From: Nemertoderma westbladi
Lineage: Eukaryota; Animalia; Xenacoelomorpha
Direction: 5' to 3'
DNA: 64,000 nucleotides
Assembly: GCA_032718475.1 (NCBI GenBank)
Contig: JAUCBJ010001241.1
Location: 1-64,000 of the forward strand
Numbering within the stretch: position 1 is the first letter of the stretch; each line of letters starts with the position of its first letter. Below the pieces are notes generated by a model that was given only the letters and a program-made list of their open reading frames with translations, was not told the DNA's origin and searched no databases. The position numbers and the translations under genes were made by a program. Positions 23,219-36,900 of this stretch are shown here, one piece after another.

Positions 23219-24552
23219 TGAGTATTCTCCATTGATTATAACCATTGTAGGATATAGTTGCTACAGTAACTGCAATTAATCGCTGATGGGCAAAAACACG
23301 ATTTCCAAAATTCCGATATGTTTAAAACGTTTTATTTGTTTAATGTTTTTTAATTGATTTTTGGACTCCTTTTAAATCTGAGTTATGTTGAATTAATTAA
23401 AATTAAGAAATTAATTAAAACTCATGTCATAACGCTGAAAAGTGTTACTTTTCACACAATGATGTAAATTTGTAAATATTTATTTCGGCGGAAATGGGTA
23501 CTTTAATTTATTAAAAATATGCCTTGAAGGCGGCGAAATGTTCACTACGTTGGTTAATATCACTAAAATATGAAAATAAGTAATGATAAATGTAGGAATA
23601 TTGGTCGAGCATTGACGCTAACCATATACACCATATACCTTTAATATAACAACCATTGTTAGCAAGTCGGAGCCCCCCCCCCCCCCCCCCCCCCACGGCC
23701 CACCCCCTAACAAAATTTTTCAAATTTTTTTAATCAAATGCTACGAAATTTGGTCTAACGAAAGTTCGACACCTTTTCTTACTGCAACCTGCAGGATTTT
23801 AGCTACAACAAGCCTTTTATAATGCCTATTTAACAATACTTAGCCATCTCTTATCGGCTTTTTCTTCGTATTTGGAATGTAATAATATAGATATCATTAG
23901 AACCGCTTTCGTCTGCTATTCCAAATCTGAATACAGAAAACTTAAGTTTTGCACAAAGTAAGAATTATATTACTTTTGAGGGTTCCTCTTTCCTACAACA
24001 ACTATCTACATATAAATAAGCAGTTTCGTTATTAGTTAATTTAGCATGAAATCGGCGCATTATTTAATAATTTGGGTTATGATGTGAAGGTTTTCGGTTC
24101 GAATCCCACGCATTTCGCAATATTTGTGATTGGTAGATACCTGGCGTAATTATAATTAATTATAGTTTGTATTCATATAAATATAACTACATCTCATAAA
24201 AATGTAAATAGCAATATTGTTAATTCACAATCCATTTTTCAGTGTTAAAATTATGAATTCGCTTTTCTTATCATAAGAAATTCCTTCTGTTTGAACCCAC
24301 GCAACCTTTTTTCATCAAAGAATTCTCATCAATGAACCTAAAATTAATTGTTTAACGATTGGGATGTCATTGTTGGGTAATTCGATGAGAACATGATTGC
24401 ATTACCATAATGGCATGTCTGTAATCTGAATACGAGCAGCTTGTCTCTAATCAACTTCCTATTGTTAAAAGAAAAATTGTTTCATTAACTATAATTGCCC
24501 AGTCGGAAGCCTATAGTGATTCTCTAAGAAGGATACGTCACATATTGTTACA

Positions 24553-24747
24553 CTAGCTTTATCTTACCTATTAACTAGGGACCCTAGCTCTATCTTACCT
24601 ATTAACTAGGGACCCTAGCTCTATCTTACCTATTAACTAGGGACCCTAGCTTTATCTTACCTATTAACTAGGGACCCTAGCTTTATCTTACCTATTAACT
24701 AGGGACACTAGCTTTATCTTACCTATTAACTAGGGACCCTAGCTTTA
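24553..24747. repeat. 31-bp minisatellite (~6 copies)
   Basis: Unit CTAGCT(T/C)TATCTTACCTATTAACTAGGGACC. Confidence 0.92.
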
Positions 24748-25486
24748 TTCTTTATAGTTGAATAAATAACGAATTCTTAGTTCCTTTGAATTGTTTACTG
24801 TTTAGGTCCCTACGGTCTCGAAGTTGAATACGTGGTTGATTATTTATGATTGCTTTGGATTATTCTTATTATTTATGTTGCTTGTCGATTAGTTGTATAA
24901 TATTCAATAATAGCAATATTACAGTAGTAATATCATTTATTTACGCTTGTTTGTAAAGTTGAACTTGTTACACAAACGTGCCTACATTGCAAGTGAAAAT
25001 AAAGAGCGTGGATCAGAACGCTGTTATGAATAACTTTATTCAAAAATTGTAACATTACTCAACGCAGTTAGTATTAACAGCGAGTTGTTATTTAGCACTT
25101 TACAACTTTAGAGGACATTACAGCATTGTATTGGCCTTTACAATTAGTATTGTATTGGTATTATGTAAGGTCCCGACGGCGTGACTGTAAAGTCACCCCG
25201 TCATGGTTACCACATAAACAATAGTTGGTATTTATTATTAATATAATAACAGCCAGATAGGCCTACTGCTACTGCATTACCTACCAGTAGCTATTAATAA
25301 CCAGTAGCTCTAAAGTAGTAACATGGCACCAACCGCCACCATAAATATAAGCAACTTATTTATAACATAATTTATGTCATTTTTACATTTATTTATACAG
25401 CAACTAATATACTTCGTGGAGTTTCTATCACTTATAATGTATATTTACAGTCATTTCGTAATGTTACATTTTGGAATAAAACTATA

Positions 25487-25624
25487 TACATACTTGTTGC
25501 AAAGTACTTTACAGTGTTCTGATCCTCGTGGCTTTATTTTCACTCACTCACTAACGTTCGTTCGTGTAATAAAGCCACTCGGATCATCACACTAGTAAAG
25601 TGCTACTTTACACACAAGTATGTA
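25487..25624. repeat. Imperfect ~140-bp fold-back element
   Basis: tacatacttgt...gtggctttatt pairs with aataaagccac...acaagtatgta; centre cactcactcactaacgttcgttcgtg. Confidence 0.8.
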
Positions 25625-26204
25625 AATAGTTATTAGGAAACGGCTACCGAAGTGAGATTGCTTATTAAATAGTTATGGAACTTTTGATTTTCAAAAAACG
25701 TGTGAAGTTTTTGGTGGAATTTCACGAATTGATATAACGTCAATCTGTAAATAATTTACACGCAATTTTAGCTAATCAATTTTACAACATTACTTACAAT
25801 ATTAGATGTACTGGTACGTCTGGTACACTGGTTTATCTAGTTAGTAATTCAATCCATATATTTGTAAAAGTCACTTTTTTTGTTAAATTCGTCACAAGTT
25901 TGACAAAAAAAGAACACATTTTCAAAAAAAAAAATTATTTTCGAATTACATTTATAAGTATCCCTATCCAACCCACCGATTTCGGACAAGAATTTTGGAA
26001 TAATAACTTTTAACTAATAACTGTTGTGTTTAAAATACACCCTATCACTTTATGTTGTGCTGTTTCGAGTGGTTTTTTTATACGCATGAATGTGTGCAAC
26101 AGTATGTAACTGTTGTTGGGATAAAGATATTACTGACCGACATTATTTCCAACCAAATAATTAAATTATGTATGTCATACAAATTATATATGTACAAATA
26201 TCGA

Positions 26205-26870
26205 CTTACATAAATTATTGTCTTATTATACTTTGGGGCAATGCCCCCTCCACAGTCTTAAAACCAATTCGCACAAAAATAAACGAACTTCTTCGTTGCA
26301 TCTCTTTCACCTACCACTCTGATACTCCAATATTCAAACAGTTAATAATATTACCACCTAATTTATTATATGAATATCAAGTTGCTTCATTATGTATTCT
26401 GAAATAATATAAATCCCACATTCGAACTTTCCAAACTAATTCAAAAACGAAACACAGTCCGCTCACAGTTTACCAGACTAGACTAGCTACTTGACTAACT
26501 ACTAGACCTACCAGATCGGCTGTCAGAAGAGACTTTACACTCCCCCTATTCCATTTTATTTCAACTCAACGGTTCCTGAGCTTTCGTGGCCCTCATGTCT
26601 GGAACTCGCTGCCCGACGAACTCAGGTGCAGGAAATCTAAATCACTCTTCCAATTTAATCTTAAAAAACACCTCTTCAAAAAATATAACCTATTTTTTTT
26701 CCGACTAATAATTTAATTTATCCTATAAATATTGCTCGACGCTGCTACTTTAATTTTAAGCATTTTTTTCCAGTTTCACAATAAATCTAAGTCTTATTGT
26801 ATTTAAATTGTATCTAAATTATATTAAATTTTTTATTTTTTATTTTTTATTGTTTCTTGTTTTAATTTTC
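26205..26870 (+). mobile_element. 3' end of a CR1/L2-group LINE (degraded)
   Basis: YINYCLIILWGNA...PIFKQLIIL...HSYQTR...LSFRGPHVWNSLPDELR...FQFNLKKHL read across frameshifts; a typical post-RT C-terminus, followed by a T-rich UTR. Confidence 0.8.
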
Positions 26871-27889
26871 ATCTCCAAATATTTGTTTAGATCCGCACAG
26901 CTGGTGGAAACATCAGAATTATTAATATCATTATAAACTTATCATAACGTGAACTTTATTATATTACTTTTATAACATAAACATATATCGTATAAATCAA
27001 TAATTTTATATATTTTTATTTTTATATTTTTTATATTTTATTATTATCTATTTTAACTTTACATATATACAACGACGTTTGATTTCTAGCCTACTACTGT
27101 ATGCTGAGTGAGGTATGTTTTGCCCACAAATTCCGATCTATACCATTGTTGGGTTTTTTTTTGAGTTTTTCTTAGAGTTTTTATGAGTTGTGAGTGGTCG
27201 TCCAGAAAAATTCCCTCAAATTATTTACCCGTGGAGAAATTTTTTTTACAGACCCCTAAATATAGCAACGGAAACAATTTGCTTAGGTACGGTTGGCATG
27301 TAATACGTGTAGCGGAGAAATGATAGCTGACCTATGTATTAGATGCAAACTAGTTTACTGGTACTGCATAAATTCAGTAGTAAAACTCACTACATTTATT
27401 CTCCCTAAAATCAATTACTGTCCTTTTCACAAATATTTATTCTCCTTAAATACAGCGAGAAAAAATTAATTGTATGAAAGCTGTACTTCCGGTGTGAAAC
27501 TTCCTGTATGAAACTGTTGATGTGACCATCGCTTTCAGTAAGAGTAAAGTTTTCTAAAGCCGTTAGACCACGAATTATCCACAAATTGTGACGTAGTCCC
27601 TGTGCAATGTGCAGTGTGCATTCCCCCAAGAAAGTTATCCAGATGTATTGTATTAATTTAGCGTCCGTCTAAGGATACCAGGAAGATATGAACCTGGGAT
27701 TGCCTCTATAAAGGGTCTCGATGAGGAGGGGCCACTGTCCTCGCCAGACGCTCTTTGATTTCCATGAAATGTCCTGGAGTGTTGGAGATCTAGGATACAA
27801 GTGTAGCTGTATGTTTGTTCCCACTCTGTTACCATATGGGTGGCCGGATATAACCCAAGATGGGTGCTTTCAATGCACCTGCGGGTAGT

Positions 27890-28600
27890 TGTGATGTTCC
27901 CAGCCAGTGCATAATCTTGTGATTTGGCAGCCTCATGGAGTGAATAAGCATGGTCGACAGCCCATGACTTTCTTGAGACGCCTATTAAAGGACACTGCTC
28001 TTGATGATGCGGATGATCTAGCAAATGCATGGGACTATTCATTCCTGTTGCCTTAGGTGTCCCATAAACTTCGACAGTCCTCAGGAAATGTGTCATCAGG
28101 AAATGTCTGATCGTATGAGCATAACCATTAAGGATGGATCCGGAAGTCAGGTGAAGATTTCGTAAGGGGAAGGCATGGGCAGCATTGAATGGGTTGTCCA
28201 GGATTTGGAAGTCACAAAGGATACGTCGAAAACTTAAGGTTCGACTATATTTTAGAGCAGCAGCAGAACCAGTTCTATATGGGAGTCCAAATCTCTGGAT
28301 GGCACATACACAAGAATGCACCGTGTCAAGTACAATGCACATATATCCAACCAGACGCTATATTATAGTATTGTAATATTGGAGGTGACTCATTGGTCCC
28401 TCCAAGCTTGACACTTGCACAGTGCTTACGTCCTGAGGACCAGCCTGTGGACAATCTTGTGGTTTATCAGACCCACGGTGAAAATAAGCAAGCTGAGAGC
28501 TCATGTCATTCCTAGGACGTCTCTTCAAGGACACTGACCTCGATGCTGTTTTGGGATAATCTCGCGAAAGTCATGGGGGATAGGGAATTATGGCGGCGAG
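27890..28600 (+). mobile_element. Two degraded RTE 3' fragments (same family as 45123-46791)
   Basis: 27905-28030 matches ~46560-46690; 28130-28600 matches ~46190-46710 with deletions (RKGKAWAALNGLSRIWKS...RKLKVRL). Confidence 0.85.
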
Positions 28601-28689
28601 TTATCTATCAAGGATGATGCTGGTTGGTAGCACGGAGTGTTGATAGAGTTTATTCAGTTTATCGGTCCACATCACGTACCTGAGAATTT

Positions 28690-29400
28690 GACAGAAAGCA
28701 GGTAGGCCTATGTGGCCCACCTTACCTACACATGTGGCACTTGGCATCCTTCATGGCGGAGTTTACATGCAGCGGGTGTTTCGGTTTTCTCTTTCTGCAC
28801 AATTCATCAGTGGTGGGGGTTACCGGGAGGCCATTCATACTTATGAATTCTGACCAGAACCTGGGATATGATCTGCTAATTCCAATATTGCTCTCAAAGT
28901 TCTACGGTGTCACCAAGCTCTAAAGCTCTTCCAGGGGATCGAGAATGAGTTGAAGTTCTTGTTCAGGACCTACCTGCATGCAGCAATTGAATTTGATGCT
29001 GTCAGTAGAGGGACACCTGTAGTATGTTGTGGAATGTCTCGGCAATGTTAGTGTCATCGGTGATGTTGATGTGGAGTATCATAGTGAAAATCGGCTCTAG
29101 GTTCTGAGCAGTCGCATATCTTTCTTGGAAACATGGAGGGCTGTTGGTGCCGTGTGTGAGTGCACCAGACCTCCCACCACTGACACCACCGATTGTATAT
29201 TTGCATAGGCCTGCTCGTATGCTGCATTGTCTTTCTGCTGCATGCGTATCTCAGTTAAGAGGTCGAGGATCCTCTATTGCAGTATCTCGCTGCACAGCAC
29301 CTGAATCACGATGTGCCATACGAGTTGAGTGAACACGACGAGTGTTGATGGTCCTGTCATCTGAACCAAGTTTGGAAGGTGCCTTGATGTCGGAGTCAGG
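28690..29400 (-). mobile_element. Possible degraded Ty3/gypsy gag remnant
   Basis: The minus strand near 28700-28755 reads KDAKCHMC and then, after a frameshift, KVGHI, resembling a CX2CX4HX4C knuckle. The surrounding sequence is GC-richer and coding-like. Confidence 0.4.
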
Positions 29401-30659
29401 CATCAATCAGTTTTCATATGGTCATAAAAGCCAATGCAGCTAGTAGTAGGTAGTTAACAAACTGTAGATATGCCAAATGTAGAGATCAGGTATATAAAGC
29501 TGAACTTATATTGAGTTTATATATAATGATCCGGATCCGGAAGGCGGATGTCTGCAGTGCACCATGTCCATGACCTATCAGTCCATGGGGATATTGGGCG
29601 AGCCGTATACAATGATGAGTCCATAATGGTGCAAGAGATTGTGGCACGCAGACTTTGGATACATTACATTGGATATATTATATATAATATTAAAAAATTA
29701 TCATTTTATTATATCACTTCCAAGTAGGCCTAGAAAAATAACGGAATTTTGGGATACTAACTAAAGGGATGTGATAATTGCCTTTCGGATAAAATTGGTG
29801 GAATAATTATGTATTTATGAAGTTCTTATGGAAGGGAGTTCTAAGTCAGAGTGCTGACAGATACTTCCAGTATTAATGTCATACATAAATCGGGTGTGTC
29901 ATTTTATAGGACTATATAATCCGCACTTTTTGTTTATGGATGTGAAACGTAAATATATTTATAAACTCTCGGCGCATCTATTCTAAAGGAGTCAAGAGCT
30001 CCAGGCGACGGGCTTTTTTAATTACCGCGGTATATGATGCGTGTCGAGGGAATTCGCAGCGTAGTATCCACGTAGATACTCGTTCGAATGCACCTGTGAT
30101 GTCGAAAATCAGTTGAGACCAGAGATTCCATTTACTATTGTTATATTCTAGATGAATTATGATGAACGAGGCGCCCGTATATAGTAGAAACAAACGGTCG
30201 CACGGTACTGCAATGTGCTCGCTCTTAGATCAATCACTCCATATCGGTGGGGCACAGGTTGCATCTCTTGGAATCAACCAACAGGCAACCCCCTTCCACC
30301 AGCCTCCCCCTCCCCTTACCCCATTGGCTTCGGCGCACGCTTTTGTTGCTCTATCTTGTGATAATAAACTCGTAGAAAGTTTCAGCTATGTGTATTCTAT
30401 TCGATTCCTTTATATACCCCCGTTTTGTTCCGTCTGAAATGATTACCTCATTGTGTGTTGCGGTTTTGTAGGGTAATTTTCCTTCACTGCTGTTGATAGA
30501 TATAAGAGCAGATTAGTGGGAAATTTTTTTGTGAAATTAAGGTAATTGTCAATTTAAAATTGGCACACAAGGAGATAAAGTTCATAATTTAGAGGTTGAA
30601 CAATTTATTATTAATCCTTATCAATTGTACACCGTGCAAAAAAAATATTCTTATCAAAA

Positions 30660-30785
30660 ATTGACGTCCCTATCATTATAACACATTGAAACAACATTGT
30701 ACGGCAGTACGGCATTGACGTCGTCCAGATTTGTTGTTGATTAATTCGAATTTCCCGCCCTTATTTTGTACTAAACGGAAGTATT
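30660..30785 (+). promoter_or_regulatory. Housekeeping-promoter-like motif cluster
   Basis: TGACGTC twice (30662, 30716), E2F-like TTTCCCGCC (30751) and ETS-like ACGGAAGT (30775). The associated gene was not identified. Confidence 0.4.
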
Positions 30786-31658
30786 TTGCTAATTTTACTA
30801 TCGCAATAATTTTTATTGTCCATTTTTATCATTTTTTTGTCAATTTTTTTTGATTTTTTATGTCATCCAAAGGTCTAATGTTAGGTTCCATGCTACCGGT
30901 TTCTCTACTGCTGTTCTCTCAGGCTATCAGTACCGGTTAGTATATATATAGCACTATTTTGCTGTATTGTATGTACAGATGTAGGTATAAAGCAAGGCCT
31001 ACTAGAGAAACAGGCCTGGAATCCGAGATCAAGCCAATTCTATTGAAGGCCTAATAATCCAATGTGTGTGTGTGTGTCCGGAGCTCTACAGCCCGCATTT
31101 CTAAACCAATCTGATCGAGTAAGGTATCAAACGAAGCGGAATTGTCATACGATGCTCACCGCCCAAAAACATTTTGGTATTCTAGAACATTATTATGCTA
31201 TTAATAGCTATTATTGTAAATTGCAATTTTTCATGTGTAAACCATAGGCTATTATATACTACTACTTCTACTTGGGACTACGTTAGGAGGACAAGCTGTC
31301 CGCCGCTAGCGCTATTCTAGAACATAGATAAATAAAGGTAATAGGATTTATTAATAATAGTAGGCCTTGGTATAAAGCAGGTATTTCTGTATTTTAGTAC
31401 CGGTACCGGCACTGGTACTGCTATAGGCCTACTGTGTAGCCTACCATTTAAATACGGTAATGGTAGGCCTACCGGTTGTGCTAATAAATTTTAAATAATT
31501 GATAGGCGAAACTGGATTGCAGGATTGTGGAAAATGTGGATATACCTTTCACATAATTTAGGCCTTACTGTATTAGTTTTATAATCAATAATGGATCATG
31601 ACTACTGTCTGAGTAGTGTTACGGATAGCGGCTCCACTACTTCCAACAGCACAGAAGG

Positions 31659-32250
31659 CCCGCCTCTGTAACCTGCCCCTTTCCCTCAATTAGTTAAATG
31701 ATCGTTTATTGTTTTGGTTAGAAAATCCCGTCTCTGTAACCTGCTCCTTTCCCTCAATTAGTTAAATGATCGTTTATTGTTTTGGTTAGAAAATCCCGTC
31801 TCTGTAACCTGCTCCTTTCCCTCAATTAGTTAAATGATCGTTTATTGTTTTGGTTAGATAATCCCGCCTCTGTAACCTGCTCCTTTCCCTCAATTGGTAA
31901 TGTTATCGTTTATTGTTTTGGTTAGAAAATCCCGCCTCTGTAACCTGCTCCTTTCTCTCAATTGGTAATGTTATCGTTTATTGTTTTGGTTAGAAAATCC
32001 CGTCTCTGTAACCTGCTCCTTTCCCTCAATTAGTTAAATGATCGTTTATTGTTTTGGTTAGAAAATCCCGTCTCTGTAACCTGCTCCTTTCCCTCAATTA
32101 GTTAAATGATCGTTTATTGTTTTGGTTAGAAAATCTCGTCTCTGTAACCTGCTCCTTTTCCTGATTTGGTAAAGTGACTGTTTATTGTTTTGGTTAGAAA
32201 ACTCGGCCTTAACCTGCTCCTTTCCATCAATTGGTAATTGTTTTTGGCTA
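31659..32250. repeat. 68-bp tandem repeat (~8.5 copies)
   Basis: Units CCCG(T/C)CTCTGTAACCTGCTCCTTTCCCTCAATT...GGTTAGAAAAT start at 31659, 31727, 31795, 31863, 31931, 31999, 32067 and 32135. Confidence 0.95.
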
Positions 32251-32788
32251 TAAAATGAGTGTTTTGCTACGTCATGTGGTAATCGATTATCGACAACAAC
32301 CACAAACTATTTAATATAGAGTCTTTTTACCACAGGCGCATATGGAAATCTACCTCATAGTCTATAAATCATGGAATCATGGAATGTTTTGGCACAGGCA
32401 TAGTGAAATCAACTGTCTGACAGTCCAGAAATTAGCAGTCTGACAGTTTGAAGAAATACATACATAAAAATTGACAATAAAAGTCATTAAATGGACAACA
32501 AAAGTCATTATGCATAATTCGTAAAAAAAAGTGACAAAAAAAGTCAAATAAATTGACATAAAAAATCACTGCCTTTTACTATACAAATTGCCACTTCATC
32601 TTGCTTTAGTTATTTGGCTTGCGTATTTGATTTTCAATTTGAACAAATTTTGTACAACATCACCCAAGTTTTTTAGTCACGATAATTTCGATATATAAAA
32701 TTTTAATATATTTTATTTCATAAAATTGCCCTTTTAACCTATTTACTACCGACGTGGTTTTTTTACCTTCAAATACAATGTCTTGTAG

Positions 32789-32862
32789 AAGGCGGGGCAG
32801 CTCAGTTGGTTGTGCGCCGGGCCTGCAATCTATTGCTTGTAGGTTCGACCCCCACCAGGAAC
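32789..32862 (+). mobile_element. tRNA-derived SINE head or tRNA pseudogene
   Basis: A-box-like GGCAGCTCAGTTGG and B-box GGTTCGACCC at tRNA-like spacing; the stems do not form a proper cloverleaf. Confidence 0.6.
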
Positions 32863-33952
32863 CTTTTATCTCTTGGTGTCGTTCAAATAAGTTCAATTAC
32901 TGGGAGCAAAACAAGGAATTAATTAATAGGAGTAGCGTCCTTTTCTACCCTCGGGTAGCAGCTTTCGAAAGAAGAGCCTTCGTGTCGCATCCGGCTTCAG
33001 CCGACTGTTTGCTTGTTTTTTTTTGCCTTAATTAGCTTAAACTGGCGACATTTCCTCTAGGCCTACAGTATTAATGAATAGTAACTTACGTTACTAGTCA
33101 TTAATTATTTGTATTCATTAATTAGTTTATTCCCATAATTGGGCACAATTATAAGAAAGGATTTATTTATTAAAAATTATATGTTAATATTATTAATTTC
33201 AATACTTGGTAGAGATTGTTTGTGACTGTAGGGTACAGATGGGCAGTGAAATGAGAGAATTTTGCATTTCTCCAGACAACTGTCTGGCCTATTATCACTA
33301 CTGTGTAGATTATAGGCCTACGATGCCTTTCTATTTAACTATCGCCGAGGATACTTCCGTTTGGTTTGTACCGAACCACGTGGGGAGTTAGTTCCCGCCA
33401 CATGTTGTTTCTACTGTGAACTGGGTTATCCGTACACGAATTGCTGACGAATTTCTTACATATTTGTTAATATTTCAATTTTATTAATCAACGACTCTGT
33501 AAATTTAACAAAATAACAATCAAATTTTGTTACACAATATCCGTAAACAACACATTCAAAGAACATTTGTTTTTGTTATGGGATAAAAATTATCATATTT
33601 ATATTTAAATTTATGAATATCAAATTGTTAGTTATAAATAATTATATTTTGATTTAACAATTATCATAGTTTGTAACTCATAGCTGTTACTGATATAAGA
33701 AGGGCATAAACTGATTTCTGCTGACAATAATCTAATGTGGAGGCCTGTAGGTAACACGTTGTCGAGTAGTAAATAAACTTTTGATTATATATAAATCGTA
33801 AAACCATTTGAATATATTGGGTTTATTGGGTTCAATATTGTATCGCGATGTATTTACAATATGGTAAGTTTTGCTTACGTAAGCTAAGCCCGTACTGTAT
33901 GACTAATTCTAGAATAGAAGCTCGTTATTCTATGTGGTATATTATACACTTA

Positions 33953-36900
33953 TACCATGTTCTAGAATATAGTGTCGTTATTCTGGACATGGTTACCTCA
34001 AATGTTTCTAAATCTAATTGAGATTGCATGAAATTTGATAAAAGATAGTCACACATAACTCGTCCACCGTGGGTGAGCCAGAATTTATATTTTTGCTCTC
34101 ATTTTTTGCTACGAGCGTTTAAAAAAGTGGTGTCTCCGTCACTCCGTCGATATTGCACCAGTTGTACAGCAGTTATTCCGTATAGCGTGTAGTGGTGTCT
34201 CCGACGATATTGCACCAGTTGTACAGCAGTTATTCCGTATAGCGTGTAGTGGTGTCTCCGTCGATATTGCACCAGTTGTACAGCAGTTATTCCGTATAGC
34301 GCGGTGTCTCCGTCGATATTGCACCAGTTGTACAGCAGTTATTCCGTATAGCGTGTAGTGGTGTCTCCGTCGATATTGCACCAGTTGTACAGCAGTTATT
34401 CCGTATAGCGTGTAGTGGTGTCTCCGTCGATATTGCACCAGTTGTACAGGAGTTATTCCGTATAGCGTGTAGTGGTGTCTCCGTCGATATTGCACCAGTT
34501 GTACAGCAGTTATTCCGTATAGCGTGTAGTGGTGTCTCCGTCGATATTGCACCAGTTGTACAGCAGTTATTCCGTATAGCGTGTAGTGGTGTCTCCGTCG
34601 ATATTGCACCAGTTGTACAGCAGTTATTCCGTATAGCGTGTAGTGGTGTCTCCGACGATATTGCACCAGTTGTACAGCAGTTATTCCGTATAGCGTGTAG
34701 TGGTATCTCCGTCGATATTGCACCAGTTGTACAGCAGTTATTCCGTATAGCGTGTAGTGGTGTCTCCGTCGATATTGCCCCAGTTGTACAGCAGTTATTC
34801 CGTATAGCGTGTAGTGGTGTCTCCGTCGATATTGCACCAGTTGTACAGCAGTTATTCCGTATAGCGTGTAGTGGTGTCTCCGTCGATATTGCACCAGTTG
34901 TACAGGAGTTATTCCGTATAGCGTGTAGTGGTGTCTCCGTCGATATTGCACCAGTTGTACAGCAGTTATTCCGTATAGCGTGTAGTGGTGTCTCCGTCGA
35001 TATTGCACCAGTTGTACAGCAGTTATTCCGTATAGCGTGTAGTGGTGTCTCCGTCGATATTGCCCCAGTTGTACAGCAGTTATTCCGTATAGCGTGTAGT
35101 GGTGTCTCCGTCGATATTGCACCAGTTGTACAGCAGTTATTCCGTATAGCGTGTAGTGGTGTCTCCGTCGATATTGCACCAGTTGTACAGGAGTTATTCC
35201 GTATAGCGTGTAGTGGTGTCTCCGTCGATATTGCACCAGTTGTACAGCAGTTATTCCGTATAGCGTGTAGTGGTGTCTCCGTCGATATTGCACCAGTTGT
35301 ACAGCAGTTATTCCGTATAGCGTGTAGTGGTGTCTCCGTCGATATTGCACCTGTTGTACAGCAGTTTTATTCCGTATAGCGTGTAGTGGTGTCTCCGACG
35401 ATATTGCACCAGTTGTACAGCAGTTATTCCGTATAGCGTGTAGTGGTGTCTCCGACGATATTGCACCAGTTGTACAGCAGTTATTCCGTATAGCGTGTAG
35501 TGGTGTCTCCGTCGATATTGCACCAGTTGTACAGCAGTTATTCCGTATAGCGTGTAGTGGTGTCTCCGTCGATATTGCCCCAGTTGTACAGCAGTTATTC
35601 CGTATAGCGTGTAGTGGTGTCTCCGTCGATATTGCACCAGTTGTACAGCAGTTATTCCGTATAGCGTGTAGTGGTGTCTCCGTCGATATTGCACCAGTTG
35701 TACAGCAGTTATTCCGTATAGCGTGGTGTCTCCGTCGATATTGCACCAGTTGTACAGCAGTTATTCCGTATAGCGTGGTGTCTCCGTCGATATTGCACCA
35801 GTTGTACAGCAGTTATTCCGTATAGCGTGTAGTGGTGTCTCCGTCGATATTGCCCCAGTTGTACAGCAGTTATTCCGTATAGCGTGTAGTGGTGTCTCCG
35901 TCGATATTGCACCAGTTGTACAGCAGTTATTCCGTATAGCGTGTAGTGGTGTCTCCGTCGATATTGCACCAGTTGTACAGCAGTTATTCCGTATAGCGCG
36001 GTGTCTCCGTCGATATTGCACCAGTTGTACAGCAGTTATTCCGTATAGCGTGTAGTGGTGTCTCCGTCGATATTGCACCAGTTGTACAGTAGTTATTCCG
36101 TATAGCGTGTAGTGGTGTCTCCGTCGATATTGCACCAGTTGTACAGCAGTTATTCCGTATAGCGTGTAGTGGTGTCTCCGTCGATATTGCACCAGTTGTA
36201 CAGCAGTTATTCCGTATAGCGTGTAGTGGTGTCTCCGTCGATATTGCACCAGTTGTACAGCAGTTATTCCGTATAGCATGTAGTGGTGTCTCCGTCGATA
36301 TTGCACCAGTTGTACAGCAGTTATTCCGTATAGCGTGTAGTGGTGTCTCCGTCGATATTGCACCAGTTGTACAGCAGTTATTCCGTATAGCGTGTAGTGG
36401 TGTCTCCGTCGATATTGCACCAGTTGTACAGCAGTTATTCCGTATAGCGTGTAGTGGTGTCTCCGTCGATATTGCACCAGTTGTACAGCAGTTATTCCGT
36501 ATAGCATGTAGTGGTGTCTCCGTCGATATTGCACCAGTTGTACAGCAGTTATTCCGTATAGCGTGTAGTGGTGTCTCCGTCGATATTGCACCAGTTGTAC
36601 AGCAGTTATTCCGTATAGCATGTAGTGGTGTCTCCGTCGATATTGCACCAGTTGTACAGCAGTTATTCCGTATAGCGTGTAGTGGTGTCTCCGTCGATAT
36701 TGCACCAGTTGTACAGCAGTTATTCCGTATAGCGTGTAGTGGTGTCTCCGTCGATATTGCACCAGTTGTACAGCAGTTATTCCGTATAGCGTGTAGTGGT
36801 GTCTCCGTCGATATTGCACCAGTTGTACAGCAGTTATTCCGTATAGCGTGTAGTGGTGTCTCCGTCGATATTGCACCAGTTGTACAGCAGTTATTCCGTA

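Noticed and set aside
25022-25367. Solo LTR (TGTTAT...ATAACA termini)
   Set aside because: No TSD, PBS or PPT is visible; 6-bp inverted ends are expected by chance in AT-rich DNA.
32789-32862. Functional tRNA genes (also tRNA-like heads near 24095, 39925, 47885 and 54965)
   Set aside because: A/B boxes are present, but the acceptor and anticodon stems do not pair; they are better explained as SINE relics.
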